Source of the DNA: an uncultured Alphaproteobacteria bacterium
GTDB taxonomy: Bacteria > Pseudomonadota > Alphaproteobacteria > Sphingomonadales > Sphingomonadaceae
DNA length: 64,000 nucleotides
Reading direction: 5' to 3'
NCBI GenBank assembly: GCA_963717735.1
Contig: OY970349.1
Location: 1,679,349-1,743,348, forward strand
Both the position numbers and the translations under genes were made by a program. This document shows, in pieces, positions 58,841 through 64,000 of this stretch (position 1 is the stretch's first letter; every line of letters starts with the position of its first letter). The notes under the pieces were generated by a model. It saw nothing but the letters and a program-made list of their open reading frames with translations, was not told the DNA's origin and searched no databases.

Positions 58841-59586
58841 GCTCCTCCCCGGGGAGGATTGAGCGTTTTGCGGAACGCGACGAGGTCGTGCTGGCGGACC
58901 TCGTCGACCGCCCCGGCCGGCAAATCCCCGAGCGGGAACGGGCCATAAAAGGTGCGTATCAGGCGCGAGATCTGGAGGCCGAGATGTTCGAGCACGCGGC
59001 GGACCTCGCGGTTCTTGCCTTCCTTGAGGCGCATCTCGACCCAGCCGTTGCGGCCCGTGCGCCGCTCGAGATTGGCGTTGATCGCGCCGTAACGGACGCC
59101 CTCGATCTCGACGCCGTGGATCAGCTCCTCGAGCTGGGCCTGGCTGACATCGCCGAACACGCGCGCGCGGTAGCCGCGCTCGACGCCGGTGGCGGGCAAT
59201 TCGAGCTGGCGCTTCAGCCCGCCGTCGGTGGTGAGCAGGAGCAGCCCCTCGGTGTTCATGTCGAGCCGGCCGACCGGCATCACCCGCGGCAGCCCGCTCG
59301 GCAGCCGGTCATAGATGGTCGGCCGCCCTTTCGGGTCGCGCTCGGCGGTGAGCAGGCCGGCCGGCTTGTGATAGCGGAACAGGCGGGGAGGCGCGGGCTC
59401 GCGCACCGGCCTGCCGTCGACGGTGACGCCGTGAAGCGAGGTCAGCAGCGTGGCGGGCTTCTCGACCCTCTCGCCGTTGATCGCGATCCGGCCCTCGGCG
59501 ATCATCCGCTCGATCTCGCGACGCGAGGCGATGCCGGCCCTGGCGAGCAGCTTGGCGATCCGTTGTTGGTCTTTCGGCGGGGTCAT
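58837..59586 (-). CDS. RsuA/RluB-family pseudouridine synthase
   Basis: S4 domain, VGRLDMNTEGLLL, EGKNREVRR. Confidence 0.93.
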   Translation of the reverse strand: MTPPKDQQRIAKLLARAGIASRREIERMIAEGRIAINGERVEKPATLLTSLHGVTVDGRPVREPAPPRLFRYHKPAGLLTAERDPKGRPTIYDRLPSGLPRVMPVGRLDMNTEGLLLLTTDGGLKRQLELPATGVERGYRARVFGDVSQAQLEELIHGVEIEGVRYGAINANLERRTGRNGWVEMRLKEGKNREVRRVLEHLGLQISRLIRTFYGPFPLGDLPAGAVDEVRQHDLVAFRKTLNPPRGGA

Positions 59587-59700
59587 TCTCTGCGTCTCGG
59601 GCGGTTCGAAGCGAAATTGCGCTCAGGCGATTGCGGCGCGCGGCACAAGCTCCCCGGTTGCTCGTTACGGGATCGTCCAACAGGGAGGGGTGCGCCCTAC

Positions 59701-60129
59701 ATGCTCTTTTCCAAGCGCGAAAGGCGGATCAGGCGGATCCTGATCGTCGAGGACGAGCCGCTGGTCGCGTTCGACAACGAATATATGCTCCAGGACGCCG
59801 ACTATGACGTCGTCGCGACCGTCGATTCCTATGCCGATGCGGCGCAGGCGATCGAGACGGAGCAGATCGACCTCGTCCTCACCGACCTCAGCCTCGCCGG
59901 CGACGGCAGCGGCATCGACGTCGCCCGCGCCGCCGCCGCGAAGAACATCCCGGTCCTGTTCGTCACCGGCCGCAGCACCGAGGAGGCGAAGAGCCTCGCG
60001 CTCGGCTGCCTCGCCAAGCCTTATTCGGAACGGGTGCTCTTGGGCGCGCTCGCCGCGGTCGACGATCATCTCCAGGGCAAGGCGGCCAAAAAGCTGCCCG
60101 GGCAGCTGACCTTGTACGCGCGGGCCTGA
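59701..60129 (+). CDS. Single-domain response regulator
   Basis: ILIVEDE, VLTD, FVTG, KP. Confidence 0.9.
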   Translation: MLFSKRERRIRRILIVEDEPLVAFDNEYMLQDADYDVVATVDSYADAAQAIETEQIDLVLTDLSLAGDGSGIDVARAAAAKNIPVLFVTGRSTEEAKSLALGCLAKPYSERVLLGALAAVDDHLQGKAAKKLPGQLTLYARA

Positions 60130-60241
60130 AGCCCTCCCCCTCGATGGGGGAGGGTTGGGTGGGGGTGAACGTTTCCGCCGCACTGCGTGGGTCTCTTAGG
60201 TTCACCCCACCCCAAACCCCTCCCCATCAAGGGGAGGGGCT
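60130..60241. repeat. Intergenic palindromic element, family B
   Basis: Arms are close to the reverse complement of 40181-40290. Confidence 0.85.
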
Positions 60242-60260
60242 TAAGAGCAGGGGGGCTTAA

Positions 60261-61397
60261 TCAGGTCAAAGCCCGTTCCACCACATCGTGGAAGTGGCGG
60301 ATGCCGGTTTCGAGCGTGCCCAGCGTCAGCGTGTCGATCGAGCCCGAGGAAAGGCCGCTCTGGCCGAGCGCGGCGGCGCGATAATCCTCGGCACCGAACA
60401 CGCCCTCGTCGAGCAGGGTCCAGCTCCGCTCCCAATGGTCGATCTCCTCGGCCGTTTGCGGCGCCTCGGGGATCAGCATGAAGTCCTCGACCAGGGTGCG
60501 GCCGACAGCTTGCGGCATCAGCACCATCAGGTTCACATAATCGGGGCTCATGATCATGATCGTCGCCGGGAACAGCTGGTAGGCGAAGGTGATCACCGCC
60601 CTGAGCGCCGGCCAATGCTCATGGTCGATCTCGGCGAGATATTCGTTGCGCCCCACCGCGGAGCGCTGGTGGATGCCGATGCGGTCGCCGACGGTGACGC
60701 CGTCGGTGAAGAAGCGGCCGATGGTATCGGCGTGGAGCCGCTGGACATGATAGCTTTCCAGGAAGGCGTCCATGATCAGCTTCCAATTGGACGCGACGTC
60801 GTGGATCCTGCGGCGGAAGAGATGGTGGCCGGCGAGGCCGAAGGCGTCGAACTCGGGGGCGAGCATATGCGCATCGGCGAAATCGCTCTCTTCGCGCGCG
60901 AACCAGATCAGCCCGCCCGCCTCGACATTGGGCAGCTCCTTGAGATGATGGTCGGCCTTGTCGAGGCCGGGGAAGCTGTCGGGGCGCGGCATGCCGGCGA
61001 GCGTGCCGTCGGCAGTGTAGGTCCAGGCGTGATAGGGGCAGACGATGCGCGGGCACTTCCCGACCTCGCCGTGCTCGACGAGGCGCGTGCCGCGATGGCG
61101 GCAGACGTTCCAGAAGACGTGGGCGACGCCGTTTTTGTCGCGGGTGAGCAGCAACGGAATGCCGAAGCCGTCATGCGCGACCGCCATGTTGGGCTCGGGC
61201 AGCAGCGCCGAAGGCGCGATCACCTGCGGCAGCCGGTCGAACAGTCTGGCCTTTTCCCGGGCGAAGCGGGCCGGGTCGATATAGGCCGAGGCCGGGACGG
61301 TGGTGACGCCGGGCCCTTCCGTCGCCTGGCCCTCGGCGAGGATTCGGGCGAGGTTGAGCTGGCCCTCGGTCGGCCGCTGGCGGGTCGGCATGTCCAT
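60261..61397 (-). CDS. Rieske non-heme iron oxygenase alpha subunit
   Basis: CRHRG, CPYHAW, ESYHVQRLH. Confidence 0.92.
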   Translation of the reverse strand: MDMPTRQRPTEGQLNLARILAEGQATEGPGVTTVPASAYIDPARFAREKARLFDRLPQVIAPSALLPEPNMAVAHDGFGIPLLLTRDKNGVAHVFWNVCRHRGTRLVEHGEVGKCPRIVCPYHAWTYTADGTLAGMPRPDSFPGLDKADHHLKELPNVEAGGLIWFAREESDFADAHMLAPEFDAFGLAGHHLFRRRIHDVASNWKLIMDAFLESYHVQRLHADTIGRFFTDGVTVGDRIGIHQRSAVGRNEYLAEIDHEHWPALRAVITFAYQLFPATIMIMSPDYVNLMVLMPQAVGRTLVEDFMLIPEAPQTAEEIDHWERSWTLLDEGVFGAEDYRAAALGQSGLSSGSIDTLTLGTLETGIRHFHDVVERALT

Positions 61398-61491
61398 CGG
61401 CGCATCGTGCGACTTTGCACCCTGTAACGCAAGCGCGGAGCCGCGGCGCGAAATGGCTGGCCGACCCGGCGCGACTCGTTACAAAGACGGC

Positions 61492-62850
61492 ATGAGCGAA
61501 GAGAGCCAAGCCGCAACGCGCTCCTGGCGCAACGTCCTGCCCGCCGGCGTCCGGCCCTATACGGAGAAGGCGCCGATCGCCGCTTTCTTCGTCGGCATCT
61601 CGTCCGGCTTTCCCTATGCGATGATCGGCGCGACCCTGACCACGCGGCTGGCTCAGGAGGGGATCACCAAGTCGACCGTCACCACCTTCGCGCTCGCCTT
61701 CCTGGTCTACAATCTGAAGTTCCTCTGGGCGTGGATCGTCGACGGGGTGCGGATTCCGGTCCTTCACCGGCTCGGCCAGCGCGTCTCATGGCTGCTCGTC
61801 GCCGGCGTGCTGGTGATCGCGGCGGTCGCCAACCTCGCTTTGCAGGACCCCTCGGCCAACATCTACCAGACCGCGATCGCGGCGATCCTGGTCGGGGTCG
61901 CCGGTGCGACCTACGACATCGTCATCGACGCCTATCGCATCGAATTGCTCGAGCCGCGCCAGCTCGGCGTCGGCTCCGGCATGAACCAATATGGCTGGCG
62001 GATCGGTTCGGTCGCGGCCGGGTCGCTGGCGCTGGTGCTGGCGGCGCGAGTCGGATGGGAGATGGCCTATCTCGCCTGCGCGGTCTTCGCTCTGCCGGCG
62101 ATGCTCACCGGCCTCATCGTCGGCGAGCCCGAGCGGCATAAGGAGCCGACCGAGCGCAAGGGGCTGGCCGAGGCGATCGTCGCGATCTGGGGGCCGTTCG
62201 CGGAATTCTTCATGCGCAAGGGCGCCTTCCTGGTGCTGCTCTTCATCCTCCTCCACAAGATCGGCGACACGCTCGGCCAGCTCGTGCTTCGGCTGCTGCT
62301 CGACGACATGGGCTACAGCAATGACGAGATCGCGATCTGGGACGTCGGCGTCGGCTTCTGGGCCTATCTGATCGGCATTTTCATCGGCGGCATCCTCTAT
62401 GCCCAGATCGGCATGAAGCGCTCGGTGCTGCTCGCCCTGATCCTGATGGGCGTGTCGAACGCCAGCTTCGCCTTCCTCGCCATGGCCGGCCACACCAATC
62501 TCGGCCTCGCCGGCTGCATGGCCTTCGAAAATTTCGCCAGCGGGATCGGCGGCGTGGTGGTGGTCGCCTACTTCTCGGCGCTGACCGACCTTCGCTTCAC
62601 CGCCACGCAATATGCCCTGATCTCGGCGGCTTCGAGCGTCGTCGGGCGCCTGCTCACCGGCACGAGCGCCGGCGCGATGGTGGAGTGGATGGGCTTCGTC
62701 AACTTCTACTGGTTCACCACGATCATCGCGCTTCCCGGCATCGTCCTGTTCTGGCTGATGATGCGCGCTGGGCTGATCGACGCCTCGATCGGCACCGCCG
62801 GCAAGGAAGGCGAGGGCGATGCGCGGGCCGAGGCTCAGCCGGGCGGCTGA
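61492..62850 (+). CDS. ampG: AmpG family muropeptide MFS permease
   Basis: SSGFP, KFLWA, ATYDIVIDAYRIE, ATQYAL. Confidence 0.9.
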   Translation: MSEESQAATRSWRNVLPAGVRPYTEKAPIAAFFVGISSGFPYAMIGATLTTRLAQEGITKSTVTTFALAFLVYNLKFLWAWIVDGVRIPVLHRLGQRVSWLLVAGVLVIAAVANLALQDPSANIYQTAIAAILVGVAGATYDIVIDAYRIELLEPRQLGVGSGMNQYGWRIGSVAAGSLALVLAARVGWEMAYLACAVFALPAMLTGLIVGEPERHKEPTERKGLAEAIVAIWGPFAEFFMRKGAFLVLLFILLHKIGDTLGQLVLRLLLDDMGYSNDEIAIWDVGVGFWAYLIGIFIGGILYAQIGMKRSVLLALILMGVSNASFAFLAMAGHTNLGLAGCMAFENFASGIGGVVVVAYFSALTDLRFTATQYALISAASSVVGRLLTGTSAGAMVEWMGFVNFYWFTTIIALPGIVLFWLMMRAGLIDASIGTAGKEGEGDARAEAQPGG

Positions 62851-64000
62851 CCGTTCGCCTTCAGCACCGCGCCGGCGAGGTAGAGCGAGCCCATGATCAG
62901 CACGACCGGCGGGGTCTTGGGATCGGTACTGCCGGCGATCCCGGCCAGCGCGTCGCCGGCGTTCGAAGCGGGCTTCGCCTCGAAGCCCATCTTTTCGGCG
63001 ACCGCGGCGAGCGCTTCCGGCAAGTGATGCTCGTGCCCGGCGACCGGCACGGCGTGGATTGCGATGGGCCGGCCGCGAAAGGGTTCGAGGATGCCGGTTG
63101 CATCCTTGTTGGCGAGCAGGCCGACAATGAGGTGGCCGAGGGCCTGGCCGGCAAAGAAATCGGCGACTGCGCGCGCCGCCGCGGGATTGTGGGCGCCGTC
63201 GAGCCAGAGCTCGGCATCGGGCGGCAGCAGGTCGCGCAGCGGCCCGGTGCGGAGGCGCTGCAGGCGCGCCGGCCAGGTCGCTTTCGCCAGCCCGTCCCTC
63301 AGCGCCGAATCCGGTATGTCGAGCATGCGCTGGCGGCGGATCATCGCCACGGCGAGCGCGGCGTTGCGCCGCTGGTGGGCGCCGCCGAGCTCGAACTGGC
63401 CGACCGAATCGACGATCTGCCAGATGTCGCGCTCGCTCTCCCCGATCTCGTGCCAAAGCGCGCCCGCCGCAACGGCGGCCCGTTCGACTATGCGGGCGAG
63501 CGGCTCGGGATAGACCTGGGTGACGAGCGGCACGCCGGGCTTGGCGATGCCGGCTTTCTCGGCGGCGATCTGCTCGAGCGTGTCGCCGAGGAAAAAGTGG
63601 TGGTCGTGGCCGAGCTGGCTGATGCCGCAGACGAGCGGTGAGGCGATGACGTTGGTCGCATCGAGCCGGCCGCCGAGACCGACTTCGACGATGCAGGCGT
63701 CGGCGGGGGTGCGGGCGAAGGCGAGAAAGGCGGCGGCCGTGGTCGCTTCGAAGAAGCTGATCTCCATCCCGTCGGCGGCGTCGAGGGTTTCGGCGAGCAA
63801 AGCCGCCAGCGCCTTGTCGTCGATCAAGCGGCCGGCGAGGCGGATGCGCTCGTTGAAGCGGACCAGGTGGGGGCTGGTGTAGACATGCGCGCTCAGCCCG
63901 GCCGCCTCGACCGCGGAGCGCAGGAAGGCGCAGGTCGAGCCCTTGCCGTTGGTGCCGGCGACGTGGAGGACGGGCGGCAGCGCGCGCTCGGGATTGCCGA
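62835..64000 (-). CDS. folC: Folylpolyglutamate synthase/dihydrofolate synthase, 5'-truncated by the window edge
   Basis: HVAGTNGKGS, YTSPHL, EVGLGGRLDATN, WPARLQ, DGAHN. Confidence 0.95.
   Translation of the reverse strand, partial: GNPERALPPVLHVAGTNGKGSTCAFLRSAVEAAGLSAHVYTSPHLVRFNERIRLAGRLIDDKALAALLAETLDAADGMEISFFEATTAAAFLAFARTPADACIVEVGLGGRLDATNVIASPLVCGISQLGHDHHFFLGDTLEQIAAEKAGIAKPGVPLVTQVYPEPLARIVERAAVAAGALWHEIGESERDIWQIVDSVGQFELGGAHQRRNAALAVAMIRRQRMLDIPDSALRDGLAKATWPARLQRLRTGPLRDLLPPDAELWLDGAHNPAAARAVADFFAGQALGHLIVGLLANKDATGILEPFRGRPIAIHAVPVAGHEHHLPEALAAVAEKMGFEAKPASNAGDALAGIAGSTDPKTPPVVLIMGSLYLAGAVLKANGQPPG

Overview
High-GC alphaproteobacterial chromosome segment. Gene content and synteny point to Sphingomonadaceae (inference). 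Most of it is core genome: nitrilase/DUF1178, tRNA-Arg(CCT), folE, rpsF-rpsR-rplI, fabD-fabG-acpP-fabF-mltG, M17 aminopeptidase, rimO, surE, dksA, rcdA, ahcY-divL-tsaE-amgK-murU-addB...addA-trxA, rsmD, a pseudouridine synthase, ampG and folC. Small accessory insertions and several families of intergenic palindromic repeats are scattered through it. Highlights: (1) an ~8.6 kb block splits addB from addA and carries a Tat-exported protein of five DxDxGxxxDPxxxGRG repeats, a 2OG-Fe(II) oxygenase, a DUF2235 lipase-CPBP protease fusion, and a trypsin-like protease/lipoprotein pair; (2) an ECF42 sigma factor is frameshifted by exactly one extra 7-bp tandem unit, while its DGPF target gene and promoter upstream are intact; (3) a Ser/Gly/NQ low-complexity PEP-CTERM-type protein; (4) three short ORFs missing from the ORF track; (5) a G7 frameshift in rimO. 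No integrase, transposase or true CRISPR array was seen. All calls come from reading the sequence; no searches were run.
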